Of a stretch of 32,000 bases of DNA, positions 18,886 through 27,336 are shown piece by piece (position 1 is the first letter of the stretch; every line of letters begins with the position of its first letter). Location: the NCBI RefSeq assembly GCF_001457615.1, contig NZ_LN831024.1, positions 4,290,001 through 4,322,000 on the forward strand, in the 5' to 3' direction. A program made the position numbers and the translations under genes. Source of the stretch: Pseudomonas aeruginosa. GTDB lineage: Bacteria; Pseudomonadota; Gammaproteobacteria; Pseudomonadales; Pseudomonadaceae. Below the pieces are notes generated by a model, which worked only from the letters and a program-made list of their open reading frames with translations, was not told the origin of the DNA and searched no databases.

Positions 18886-19017
18886 ATGAGCAAGGGACTG
18901 AACGCGAAGAAGGAAACTCGTAGGAAACCGCTGAAAACCGCCCAGGAGAAACGCCTGGCGAAACGAGCGAAAAAACACGGTCCGGCGGTGCCGCTCGGCA
19001 CCCCATCGCGGAGCTGA
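18886..19017 (+). CDS. small basic Lys/Arg-rich protein, 43 aa (absent from the supplied ORF track)
   Basis: ATG 18886 preceded by ggggaggtgaacgcc; translation MSKGLNAKKETRRKPLKTAQEKRLAKRAKKHGPAVPLGTPSRS, TGA at 19015-19017. Confidence 0.75.
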   Translation: MSKGLNAKKETRRKPLKTAQEKRLAKRAKKHGPAVPLGTPSRS

Positions 19018-19050
19018 GCCAGGCCGGAGCAGAGCCGCAGGCGCAACCGC

Positions 19051-19590
19051 TCAATCGTCCGCGGCGGGGTCCAGGTCGGGGAACAGCACCTCGGTGAAGC
19101 CGAACTTGCTGAAGTCGGTGATTCGCGAGGGATACAGGCGGCCGATCAGGTGGTCGCACTCGTGCTGCACCACCCGCGCATGGAACCCTTCGACGCTGCG
19201 GTCGATCGGCTGTCCCTGCGGGTCCAGGCCCTGGTAGCGGATGCGCCGATGGCGCGATACCGCGCCGCGCAACCCCGGCACCGACAGGCAGCCCTCCCAG
19301 CCCTCTTCCATCTCGTCGTCCAGCAGGGTGATCCGCGGGTTCAGCAGGATGGTCGGCGGCACGGCCGGGGCGTCCGGATAGCGCTCGCTGCGCTCGAAAC
19401 CGAAGATCACCAGCTGCAGGTCGACGCCGATCTGCGGCGCGGCCAGCCCTACCCCGCCGACGTGATGCATGGTTTCGAACATGTCGTCGATCAGCCGTTG
19501 CAGCTCCTCGCTGCCGAACAGTTCGGACGGCACCGGCTGCGCGATACGCAACAGGCGCTCGTCACCCATCTTGAGGATTTCCCGGATCAT
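19051..19590 (-). CDS. peptide deformylase (non-essential paralog type)
   Basis: Motifs '[11 protein letters not shown]', 'EGCLSVPG', 'QHECDHLIG' (HExxH variant typed HECDH). Confidence 0.94.
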   Translation of the reverse strand: MIREILKMGDERLLRIAQPVPSELFGSEELQRLIDDMFETMHHVGGVGLAAPQIGVDLQLVIFGFERSERYPDAPAVPPTILLNPRITLLDDEMEEGWEGCLSVPGLRGAVSRHRRIRYQGLDPQGQPIDRSVEGFHARVVQHECDHLIGRLYPSRITDFSKFGFTEVLFPDLDPAADD

Positions 19591-19799
19591 GCCGCCCCCT
19601 GATAAAGGTCAGTAACGCCCTACATGCTCAGCCAGAAAACCAGACAGGACAAGACGCAAAGCGCTTCCATCTCCGGCAATTGCGCCATTGATTTGACACC
19701 GAACGGCTTTCTTTCCCGGCACATCCGGTAATATTCGCCGCACACCGACTACACTGGCCAGTCGTGCCACCCCGCTACGTTTTCCTGGAGGAAACCTTT

Positions 19800-20372
19800 T
19801 TGCCTTCGTTGCCCACCTTGCAGCCCCTCGACCTCTACAGGCGCACCCTGGCCTGCCTGGTCCTGGCGGTTTCCTGCCTGGGCGGCGGAGGCCTGTGGGC
19901 GGACGACGCACGGACGTCGGTCGAGCAACGCAGCAATGCGGTCAGCCAGGTTCTGCTGGGCATATTCAGCTACGTGCGCTGGCCGAAGGAGCCGGCGGTC
20001 CTGCAACTCTGCGTGGTCGGACCGACCGAGTACGCCGACGGCCTGCTCCGCGGCATGGTGCAGGCCAATGGCAGGCGCGTGCATGCGGAACGCCGCGCGG
20101 TGGACAACCCGGACCTCGGCACGCTCTGCAACGTGATCTACCTCGGAGTGGTCGACGAGCGCGAGCGCCAGCAGGTGTTCCGCAGCCTGGCCGGGCATCC
20201 GGTCCTGTCCATCAGCGAGCGTGGCACCGAATGCAGCGTCGGCAGCATGTTCTGCCTCAACGTCGGCGGTCCGCGCATCACCTTCGAGGCCAATCTCGAC
20301 TCCATCGCCCGCAGCGGCGTACGCGTGCACCCGAGCGTATTGAAACTGGCAAGGCGGCAGGCCACTCCGTGA
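19800..20372 (+). CDS. yfiR: YfiR, periplasmic repressor of the diguanylate cyclase YfiN
   Basis: TTG start at 19800 after ctggaggaaacc gives 190 aa: (M)PSLPTLQPLDLYRRTLACLVLAVSCLGGGGLWADD...; followed directly by YfiN and YfiB. Confidence 0.93.
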   Translation: MPSLPTLQPLDLYRRTLACLVLAVSCLGGGGLWADDARTSVEQRSNAVSQVLLGIFSYVRWPKEPAVLQLCVVGPTEYADGLLRGMVQANGRRVHAERRAVDNPDLGTLCNVIYLGVVDERERQQVFRSLAGHPVLSISERGTECSVGSMFCLNVGGPRITFEANLDSIARSGVRVHPSVLKLARRQATP

Positions 20373-21679
20373 TGAACCGTCGTCGTCGCTATACGGGTTC
20401 CAATCCATCGCTGCGCCGGGTGCTCTATCGCGCGCACCTGGGCGTGGCGCTGGTCGCGGTATTCACCGCCGGGCTGGCGGTGACCCTGGTCGGCCTGCTG
20501 ACCCTGCGCGCCTATGCCGACCCCAACCAGCAACTGATCGCCCGTTCCATCAGCTATACCGTCGAGGCCGCGGTGGTCTTCGGCGATGCCCAGGCCGCCG
20601 AGGAGTCCCTGGCGCTGATCGCCTCCAGCGAAGAGGTCTCCAGCGCCATCGTCTACGACCGCCAGGGACAGACCCTGGCCAGTTGGCATCGGGAAAGCAC
20701 CGGGCCGCTGCACCTGCTGGAACAGCAACTGGCGCACTGGCTGCTCAGCGCGCCGACCGAACAACCGATCCTGCACGACGGCCAGAAGATCGGTTCGGTG
20801 GAGGTGAAGGGCTCCGGCGGCAGCCTGCTGCGCTTCCTGCTCACCGGTTTCGCCGGCATGGTCCTGTGCCTGCTGCTTACCGCCCTGGGCGCCTTCTACC
20901 TGTCGCGGCGGCTGGTACGCGGTATCGTCGGCCCGCTCGACCAACTGGCGAAGGTCGCGCATACCGTGCGCCGCGAACGGGATTTCGAGAAGCGCGTACC
21001 GGAAGCCGGCATCGCCGAGCTGAGCCAACTGGGCGAGGACTTCAACGCCCTGCTCGACGAACTCGAATCCTGGCAGGCGCGCCTGCAGGACGAGAACGCC
21101 TCGCTGGCGCACCAGGCCCACCACGACAGCCTGACCAGCCTGCCCAACCGCGCCTTCTTCGAAGGCCGCCTGAGCCGGGCGCTGCGCGATGCCAACGAGC
21201 ATCGCGAGCAATTGGCGGTGCTGTTCATCGACAGCGACCGCTTCAAGGAGATCAACGACCGCCTCGGCCATGCCGCCGGCGACACCGTGCTGGTCAACAT
21301 CGCCATGCGCATCCGTGGGCAGTTGCGCGAAAGCGACCTGGTGGCGCGCCTGGGCGGCGACGAATTCGCCGTCCTGCTCGCACCGCTGGCGTCCGGCGCC
21401 GACGCCCTGCGCATCGCCGACAACATCATCGCCAGCATGCAGGCGCCGATCCGGCTCAGCGACGGCAGCACGGTGAGTACCTCGCTGACCATCGGCATCG
21501 CCCTCTATCCCGAGCATGCGGATACCCCGGCGGCGCTGCTCCACGACGCCGACATGGCGATGTACATCGCCAAGCGCCAGGCCCGCGGCAGCCGGCGCCT
21601 GGCGGAACTCAACGACCCCCGCATCCTTCAGGAAGAAAAGGAGATAGACAGTGCTACCCCAGAGGCTCCACCCAAGTAG
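20372..21679 (+). CDS. yfiN: YfiN/TpbB diguanylate cyclase (periplasmic CHASE8-like domain, HAMP, GGDEF)
   Basis: 435 aa; RESD-x5-GGDEF ('RESDLVARLGGDEFAVLL') gives an intact GGDEF site and RxxD I-site; start codon overlaps the yfiR stop (ATGA). Confidence 0.96.
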   Translation: MNRRRRYTGSNPSLRRVLYRAHLGVALVAVFTAGLAVTLVGLLTLRAYADPNQQLIARSISYTVEAAVVFGDAQAAEESLALIASSEEVSSAIVYDRQGQTLASWHRESTGPLHLLEQQLAHWLLSAPTEQPILHDGQKIGSVEVKGSGGSLLRFLLTGFAGMVLCLLLTALGAFYLSRRLVRGIVGPLDQLAKVAHTVRRERDFEKRVPEAGIAELSQLGEDFNALLDELESWQARLQDENASLAHQAHHDSLTSLPNRAFFEGRLSRALRDANEHREQLAVLFIDSDRFKEINDRLGHAAGDTVLVNIAMRIRGQLRESDLVARLGGDEFAVLLAPLASGADALRIADNIIASMQAPIRLSDGSTVSTSLTIGIALYPEHADTPAALLHDADMAMYIAKRQARGSRRLAELNDPRILQEEKEIDSATPEAPPK

Positions 21680-22157
21680 ATTGCTCGCCCTCGCCCTGTT
21701 CAGCCTTGTGCTGGGCCTGGCCGGTTGCCAGACCAAGCCGCCGCAGACCGGCCTGAGCGCCGAGCAGATCGCCGTGCTCCAGGAGCAGGGCTTCGAACTC
21801 CGCGACGAAGGCTGGGAGTTCGGCATGTCGAGCAAGGTGCTGTTCGGCAACAATCTCGACCGTCTCAATCCCGACAGCCGCAACACCCTGACCAAGATCG
21901 CCCGCGCCTTGCTCGCGGTAGACATCGACAAGGTCCGCCTGGAAGGCCACACCGACAACTACGGCGACGAAGGCTACAACCAGAAGCTCTCCGAACGGCG
22001 CGCCGAATCGGTGGCCGCGGTATTCCGCGAAGCCGGCATGCCGGCGGCCAACATCGAGGTCCGCGGCCTTGGCATGAGCAAGCCGGTGGCCGATAACAAG
22101 ACCCGCGCCGGCCGCAGCGAGAACCGCCGCGTCGCCATCATCGTTCCCGCCGAGTAA
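21651..22157 (+). CDS. yfiB: YfiB, OmpA-like outer-membrane/periplasmic lipoprotein
   Basis: Lipobox 'LVLGLAGCQ'; OmpA-like PG-binding 'VRLEGHTDNYGDEGYNQKLSERRAESVAAVF'; GTG start, overlaps yfiN by 29 bp. Confidence 0.95.
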   Translation: MLPQRLHPSRLLALALFSLVLGLAGCQTKPPQTGLSAEQIAVLQEQGFELRDEGWEFGMSSKVLFGNNLDRLNPDSRNTLTKIARALLAVDIDKVRLEGHTDNYGDEGYNQKLSERRAESVAAVFREAGMPAANIEVRGLGMSKPVADNKTRAGRSENRRVAIIVPAE

Positions 22158-22431
22158 TCCTGCGCTCGCGGGCTGCGTACGGCCCACCCGTACCTGGCCC
22201 GTCCATCGCCCGGCCCCGCCACTACCCCGCTTCCGGCCTATGTTGAAGGAAGAAGCCAGCAGACCGGCGTACCGGCCGCCGCTGCCGCGGATGCTAGACT
22301 GAATGCTGCGCAGGAAACCGACAATCCCGGCCGACCTGCCGCTTGCGGGTGCTCCGGGATTCACCGACAGGGGGTATCGACCTTTGCCTGTTCGCCCAAG
22401 GAACAGGCCGTCAGACGATGGGAGGCATGCC

Positions 22432-22986
22432 ATGAACCGGCATTACTACATCAGCGACAACCTCGACGAGCTGGAACGGCTCGAAGCCGAACTGGAAGCC
22501 AGCGGCATCGCCACCGAGCAGATCCACGTCCTCAGCGAAAAGGACGCGGAGACCGGCCAGCGCCATCTGCACGAAGTCTCTCCGTTCATGAAGAAGGATG
22601 TGGTCCGCTCCGGCCGTGTCGGCCTGCTGGTCGGCCTCGTCCTGGCCATCGTCGCCGTGGCCTTCGCCTATGCCAGCGGCTGGACGGAAACCGCCGCCGG
22701 CTGGATTCCGGTGATCTTCCTCGGCGCCATGCTCTGCGCGTTCTGCCTGTGGGAAGGCAGCTTCTTCGGCCTGCAGCGCACCAACCGCGCCTTCCGTCCC
22801 TTCGAAGAACGCCTGCACCAGGGGCAGCACCTGTTCTTCGTCGATGTGAAGAACGCCCAGGAGCCGATCCTGGTCAACGTGGTCAGCCACCACCCGCGCC
22901 TGCAGGACGCCGGCACCGGCCCCGCGGTCTCTCCGCTGCTGCTGGGCTGGCAGCAACGCTGGCGGCAGTTCCGGCGGATGGTCTGA
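22432..22986 (+). CDS. membrane protein of unknown function, 184 aa
   Basis: ATG 22432 with gggaggcatgcc upstream; two predicted TM helices 'VGLLVGLVLAIVAVAFAYASG' and 'GWIPVIFLGAMLCAFCLW'. Confidence 0.8.
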   Translation: MNRHYYISDNLDELERLEAELEASGIATEQIHVLSEKDAETGQRHLHEVSPFMKKDVVRSGRVGLLVGLVLAIVAVAFAYASGWTETAAGWIPVIFLGAMLCAFCLWEGSFFGLQRTNRAFRPFEERLHQGQHLFFVDVKNAQEPILVNVVSHHPRLQDAGTGPAVSPLLLGWQQRWRQFRRMV

Positions 22987-23092
22987 GCGGCGGGGCCTGC
23001 GCACCGCGCAGGTCCTGCGGCGTCCCTCCGGCTGCTAGAATATCCGGCTACCCGCCCGCCATCCCGGCCGGCGCGGCCCGTCAGGAAACTCC

Positions 23093-23467
23093 ATGAAACT
23101 CGATAAAGCGGCAGCCATCGCACAGCTCAACCAGGCCTTGGGCATGTCCGTGCTGGATGCCGGCAACACCCTGCTCGCCCGCTTCAACAAGAGCAAGAAC
23201 GTCTGGTGGTTCGATATTCCGCTCAGCCAACTGAAGGCCGGCAAGTTCCTCAACCTGCTGCTGGCGAACCCGGCCGGCGATGCAGTGGAGCACCTGAAGG
23301 TGCCCACCGGTTTCCTTCGCCAGCAGCAGGACAGCCTGGAACTGCGCGACAAGAACGCCCGCCGGCCGACCCTCAGCCTGGAGCTGAGCGCGGACCCCGG
23401 CAAGCGCCTGCGCGACGTCCGCCCCGGCGGCGCTGGCCTGGACTTCGCCCCGTTCCTCCAGCCCTGA
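23093..23467 (+). CDS. conserved hypothetical protein, 124 aa
   Basis: Complete ORF MKLDKAAAIAQLNQALGMSVLDAGNTLLARFNKSKNVWWFDIPLSQLKAGKFLNLLL... Confidence 0.75.
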   Translation: MKLDKAAAIAQLNQALGMSVLDAGNTLLARFNKSKNVWWFDIPLSQLKAGKFLNLLLANPAGDAVEHLKVPTGFLRQQQDSLELRDKNARRPTLSLELSADPGKRLRDVRPGGAGLDFAPFLQP

Positions 23468-23476
23468 GCGGAAACC

Positions 23477-24316
23477 TCAGCGCGGCAGTTCGATGCGTTC
23501 CGGGTGGATCAGGATCAGGCCTTTCTTGTAGAGGCCGCCGATGGCCTTCTTGAAGGTCCCCTTGCTGACCCCGAAGAGCCGGTGGATATCTTCCGGCGAA
23601 CTCTTGTCGCTGAGCGGCAGGCTGCCGCCGGCCTCCAGCAGCCGGGCGAGAATCTGCTGGCTCAGCTCGACGGCGGCCTCGGCGCCGACCGGCTGCAGGC
23701 TAAGGGCGATCTTGCCGTCCGCGCGCAATTCCTTGATGTAGCCCTGTTCGCGCATGCCGCTGCGGAGGAACTTGAACGCCTCGTTCTTGTGGATCAGGCC
23801 CCAGTGCTTGCCCTCGATGATCGCCTTGAAGCCCATCTCGGTACGCTCCACCACCAGCAGGTCGACCGCCTGGCCGACGCTGTAGCGTGGCGGCAGGTTG
23901 TCCAACTGGCGGTCCAGGCGTGCGGTGGCGGTGATGCGGTTGGTGCGCTTGTCCAGGTAGACGTAGACCACGCAGTAGTCGCCGACCTGCAACGGACGCT
24001 TTTCTTCCGAATGCGGCAGCAGCAGGTCCTTGGGCAGGCCCCAGTCGAGGAACAGGCCGATCCGGTTGATCTCCACGACCTTCAGGCTGGCGAAACCGCC
24101 GACCTGGACCTTGGGCGTCTGAGTGGTGGCGATCAGGCGGTCGTCGCTGTCCAGGTAGATGAACACGTTGAGCCAGTCGCCCACTTCGCTGGGCTGGTCC
24201 TTCGGCACATAGCGCTTGGGCAGGAGGATCTCGCCGTGCTGGGTACCGTCGAGATAGAGCCCGAACTCCGTGTGCTTGACCACCTGCAGTGAATTGAAAC
24301 GCCCGATGACCGCCAT
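23477..24316 (-). CDS. CvfB-family S1-like RNA-binding protein
   Basis: Repeated S1-type strands 'EFGLYLDGTQHGEILLPKRYV', 'RIGLFLDWGLPKDLLLP', 'EMGFKAIIEGKHWGLIHKNE' plus C-terminal wHTH 'SSPEDIHRLFGVSKGTFKKAIGGLYKKGLI'. Confidence 0.9.
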   Translation of the reverse strand: MAVIGRFNSLQVVKHTEFGLYLDGTQHGEILLPKRYVPKDQPSEVGDWLNVFIYLDSDDRLIATTQTPKVQVGGFASLKVVEINRIGLFLDWGLPKDLLLPHSEEKRPLQVGDYCVVYVYLDKRTNRITATARLDRQLDNLPPRYSVGQAVDLLVVERTEMGFKAIIEGKHWGLIHKNEAFKFLRSGMREQGYIKELRADGKIALSLQPVGAEAAVELSQQILARLLEAGGSLPLSDKSSPEDIHRLFGVSKGTFKKAIGGLYKKGLILIHPERIELPR

Positions 24317-24570
24317 GTTGTCTCCCCCTGTCGAAGGGGCGGCATTCTACCGGGCGCCACGCATGCGGGCGGAAGTTTTTGCCGGTACGCCGACGCCGCT
24401 CATCGCCTTGCCGGCCATTCGCGCCGAAACATCCTGAACCACGCGGACATTTCCCAAATGCCGACTGTCTACTGGCAGTAAGCACAACGATGTTTCAAAA
24501 TCGTGAACCCTAAAGACTTTTTTGGAACATCCTTATCAAGGATTCTCGCTGCCGCTCATCAGGAGTTCCT

Positions 24571-26895
24571 GTGCGTCCACTCAGCCGTTGGCTCTCATCT
24601 TGCGGCTCGCTTCTGGCGCTGGCCGCGCTGTTCCTGGTCGTTCCCCTCGCCGGCCGCTACTGGCTCGGCTGGTCGACGCCGTTCGGCTATCTCTCGGACC
24701 TGGCCCTCGGCAGCCTGCTGGTGCTGCTCCTGCATCGACGCTCCCTGTGGTTCGCGCTCCCGGTCATGCTGCTCTGGTGCCTGTTCCTGATCGGCAATGC
24801 CGAACTGGTCGGCGCGGTCGGGCGCATGCCGGAACCTTCCGACCTCAAGTACCTGCTGGATCCGCAGTTCGTCAGCAGCTCCACCCAGGGCGGCGGCCTC
24901 GCCCACCTGCCACTGGCGCTCGGCCTCGGTGGCGCGACATTGCTTTGCGTGCTGCTCTGGCGTCGCCGCGGTCCGCGCCTGCCGCGCTATGCCTACGCGC
25001 TGCCGGCGGCGTTCCTGGCGGCGCATGTCGGCCTGCAATACCTGCGTCCGAGCGATGCCGACCAATGGCAGCAGTACAACCTGCCGCACAAGCTGCTGGC
25101 CAGCGCGCTCAGCAGTGGCCAACTGGCGGTCGAAGACTGGCTCGCCGACGACCGTCCGGACACCCCGCCGGACGTCGCCGGGCTCAACCAGCTCGACCTT
25201 TCCGGAACGCCGCTGCTGGCCGGCGGAGGGCGCGCGCGCAACGTCCTGATCGTGGCCATGGAGGGAATCCCCGGCGCGTATATCGCCGCCAACCGCGCCG
25301 CCATCAACAGCAGCTACCACGAAGCGCCGATGCCCAGGCTGAGTGGCTGGGCCGAACGGGCGATGACCACCCCGGACTACGTGCTGCACAGCCACCAGAC
25401 CATCCGCGGCCTCTACGCCATGCTCTGCGGCGACTACAGCAAGCTCGACTCGGGCACGCCGAAGGGCGTCGAGCTGCTGAACAACCCGGCCCGGGCCAGG
25501 GAGTGCTTGCCCGCCCAGCTGCGCCAGCACGGTTTCAGCACGCACTTCCTGCAGGGTGCCGGCCTGCGCTTCATGGCCAAGGACAAGGTCATGCCGCAGA
25601 TGGGCTTCGACAAGACCCTCGGGCGCGACTGGTTCCGCAACACGTCCTACCTGGAGTTTCCCTGGGGCATGGACGACAAGGCCTTCTTCGAGGGCGCCGC
25701 GACCTACGTGAAGCAGCTGCGCCAGCAGAAGAAACCCTGGATGCTGACCCTGCTCACCGTCGGCACCCACCAGCCCTACTCGGCGCCTGCCGACTACCTG
25801 GCCCGCTACCCGAGCGCCAAGCAGGCCGCGGTGGCCTATCTCGACGACGCGATCGACGCCTTCCTCGCCGACCTGGAGAAACAGGGCGTGTTGCGCGACA
25901 CCCTGGTGGTGCTCACTTCCGACGAATCCCACGGTGTCGACCAGGTGCGCCTCGCCTCGGCCTGGGGCTTCAACCTGGTACTGGCACCGGAACAGGCGGC
26001 GCTGCCGCCGATCAAGAGCGGCGTCTACGGCCACGTCGACCTCGCCGCGTCCGTCCTCGACTATTTCGGCTACCGCGTGCCGGCGGGGATTTCCGGGCGC
26101 TCGCTGTTCCGCGACTACGCCAGCGGCCGCGAAATGATGTCCTACACCAACGGCATGCTGCGCCACCACGACGGCAAGGACACCTTCGTCGAATGTGATT
26201 TCCAGCAGGTCTGCCGGCGCTACCGCAGCGAGGGCTTCATCGCCGACGAAGCCGAGTTCCTCGGTCGCTTCAGCGGTCGCCAGGCGCGCCTGGTCAGCCA
26301 GCGCGCCGCCGTCCTCGACCACTCCGTGCAACAGGCCGGCCAGTTGGGCCAGGAGTTCCAGTTCGCCACCCACGAACGCATCCGCCTGAAGCCGGAAACC
26401 CACAACGACTGGACCGACAACCTGATCGGCGCGCAATACCTGGAGATGCCGAAGAACAGCAGGACCACGGTCACCCTGAAGATCCGCGCCTTGCAGATGG
26501 ACCGCAACGGCGCCCGGGTGACGCTGAAGACCAAGGAGTTCGAACGCGACGTTCCCATACCGGTACCGGACATCCCGCGCCTGCTCAAAGGCAAGCCGCT
26601 GGACATGAGCTTCACCTTCGACAACCCGGAAGCGCGCAAGGCCTTCTCCTTCCACTTGCTCGCCGAGGGCCGCGGGATCATCGAGATCAGCGACTTCCAC
26701 GTGGTCACGGCGGCCAACCCGGAACCCGTGGAAAGCCGCAGCCAGGTCGCCGAAGCGGCGAAGGAACAGCCGCTGCTGAGCACCCTGAAAAGCCTGTTCG
26801 CCAACCGCCCCGAAACCGAGGAAGCGGAACGCGCGGACGCCCCTCGGGAGCGCACCGTCATCCCCGAGCAGAAGGCCCTGATCCTTTCGCACTGA
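24571..26895 (+). CDS. LTA synthase-like sulfatase/phosphoglycerol transferase membrane protein
   Basis: N-terminal TM helices; alkaline-phosphatase-superfamily periplasmic domain 'NVLIVAMEGIPGAY', 'HSHQTIRGLYAMLCGDY', 'TLLTVGTHQPY', 'VVLTSDESHGVD'. GTG start. Confidence 0.85.
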   Translation: MRPLSRWLSSCGSLLALAALFLVVPLAGRYWLGWSTPFGYLSDLALGSLLVLLLHRRSLWFALPVMLLWCLFLIGNAELVGAVGRMPEPSDLKYLLDPQFVSSSTQGGGLAHLPLALGLGGATLLCVLLWRRRGPRLPRYAYALPAAFLAAHVGLQYLRPSDADQWQQYNLPHKLLASALSSGQLAVEDWLADDRPDTPPDVAGLNQLDLSGTPLLAGGGRARNVLIVAMEGIPGAYIAANRAAINSSYHEAPMPRLSGWAERAMTTPDYVLHSHQTIRGLYAMLCGDYSKLDSGTPKGVELLNNPARARECLPAQLRQHGFSTHFLQGAGLRFMAKDKVMPQMGFDKTLGRDWFRNTSYLEFPWGMDDKAFFEGAATYVKQLRQQKKPWMLTLLTVGTHQPYSAPADYLARYPSAKQAAVAYLDDAIDAFLADLEKQGVLRDTLVVLTSDESHGVDQVRLASAWGFNLVLAPEQAALPPIKSGVYGHVDLAASVLDYFGYRVPAGISGRSLFRDYASGREMMSYTNGMLRHHDGKDTFVECDFQQVCRRYRSEGFIADEAEFLGRFSGRQARLVSQRAAVLDHSVQQAGQLGQEFQFATHERIRLKPETHNDWTDNLIGAQYLEMPKNSRTTVTLKIRALQMDRNGARVTLKTKEFERDVPIPVPDIPRLLKGKPLDMSFTFDNPEARKAFSFHLLAEGRGIIEISDFHVVTAANPEPVESRSQVAEAAKEQPLLSTLKSLFANRPETEEAERADAPRERTVIPEQKALILSH

Positions 26896-26998
26896 CCGCG
26901 CCGGAGCGGCCCGCCCGGCCGCCGCGCGCTCCCCGCTGAACCCAGCGCCGTCGCGGACGTCGAAGATTCGCAAGCAACCAGGCGAAACGGAGAACGGC

Positions 26999-27334
26999 AT
27001 GAAGCACCTGGCATTCCTCGCCCTCGGCGGACTCCTGCTGGCGCCCCTGGCCGAAGCGGCCAGCTTCGATTGCGAAAAGGCTGAGCGAGCGGACGAAAAG
27101 GCCATCTGCGCGAACCGGGCGCTGAACGACAAGGACGTCGAGATGAGCGTCAAGTACCACTTCCTCCGCGGCCTGTTCGCCATGGGCGGCCGCGGCGCCA
27201 TGCAGGACCGGCAGCAGGACTGGCTGCGCCAGCGCCGGCGCTGCGGTGGCGACACCGACTGCCTCTCCCGCGCCTACGCGCAGCGTATCGACGAGCTGGA
27301 CAAGCAGTACGCGGGCATCGACAAGCCGCTCTGA
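26999..27334 (+). CDS. LprI/DUF1311-like secreted protein
   Basis: Signal peptide 'LAFLALGGLLLAPLAEAA'; mature 'SFDCEKAERADEKAICANRALNDKDVEM...RRRCGGDTDCLSRAYAQRIDEL' four-Cys pattern. Confidence 0.8.
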   Translation: MKHLAFLALGGLLLAPLAEAASFDCEKAERADEKAICANRALNDKDVEMSVKYHFLRGLFAMGGRGAMQDRQQDWLRQRRRCGGDTDCLSRAYAQRIDELDKQYAGIDKPL

Positions 27335-27336
27335 AG

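Noticed and set aside
19693-19734. TTGACA and TAATAT elements upstream of yfiR considered as a sigma-70 promoter
   Set aside because: Spacing is about 30 nt instead of about 17, so they cannot form one promoter; neither partner element is found at the right distance.
19629-19736. 35-aa ORF MLSQKTRQDKTQSASISGNCAIDLTPNGFLSRHIR upstream of yfiR
   Set aside because: No ribosome-binding site and overlaps the likely promoter/leader region; no family resemblance.
22177-22193. GTACGG-CCCAC-CCGTAC hairpin after yfiB
   Set aside because: Short 6-bp stem without a U-tract; insufficient to call a terminator or RNA element.
24529-24543. ATCCTT-ATC-AAGGAT small dyad upstream of the LTA-synthase-like gene
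   Set aside because: Short arms and no repeat of the motif; could be chance in an AT-richer promoter region.
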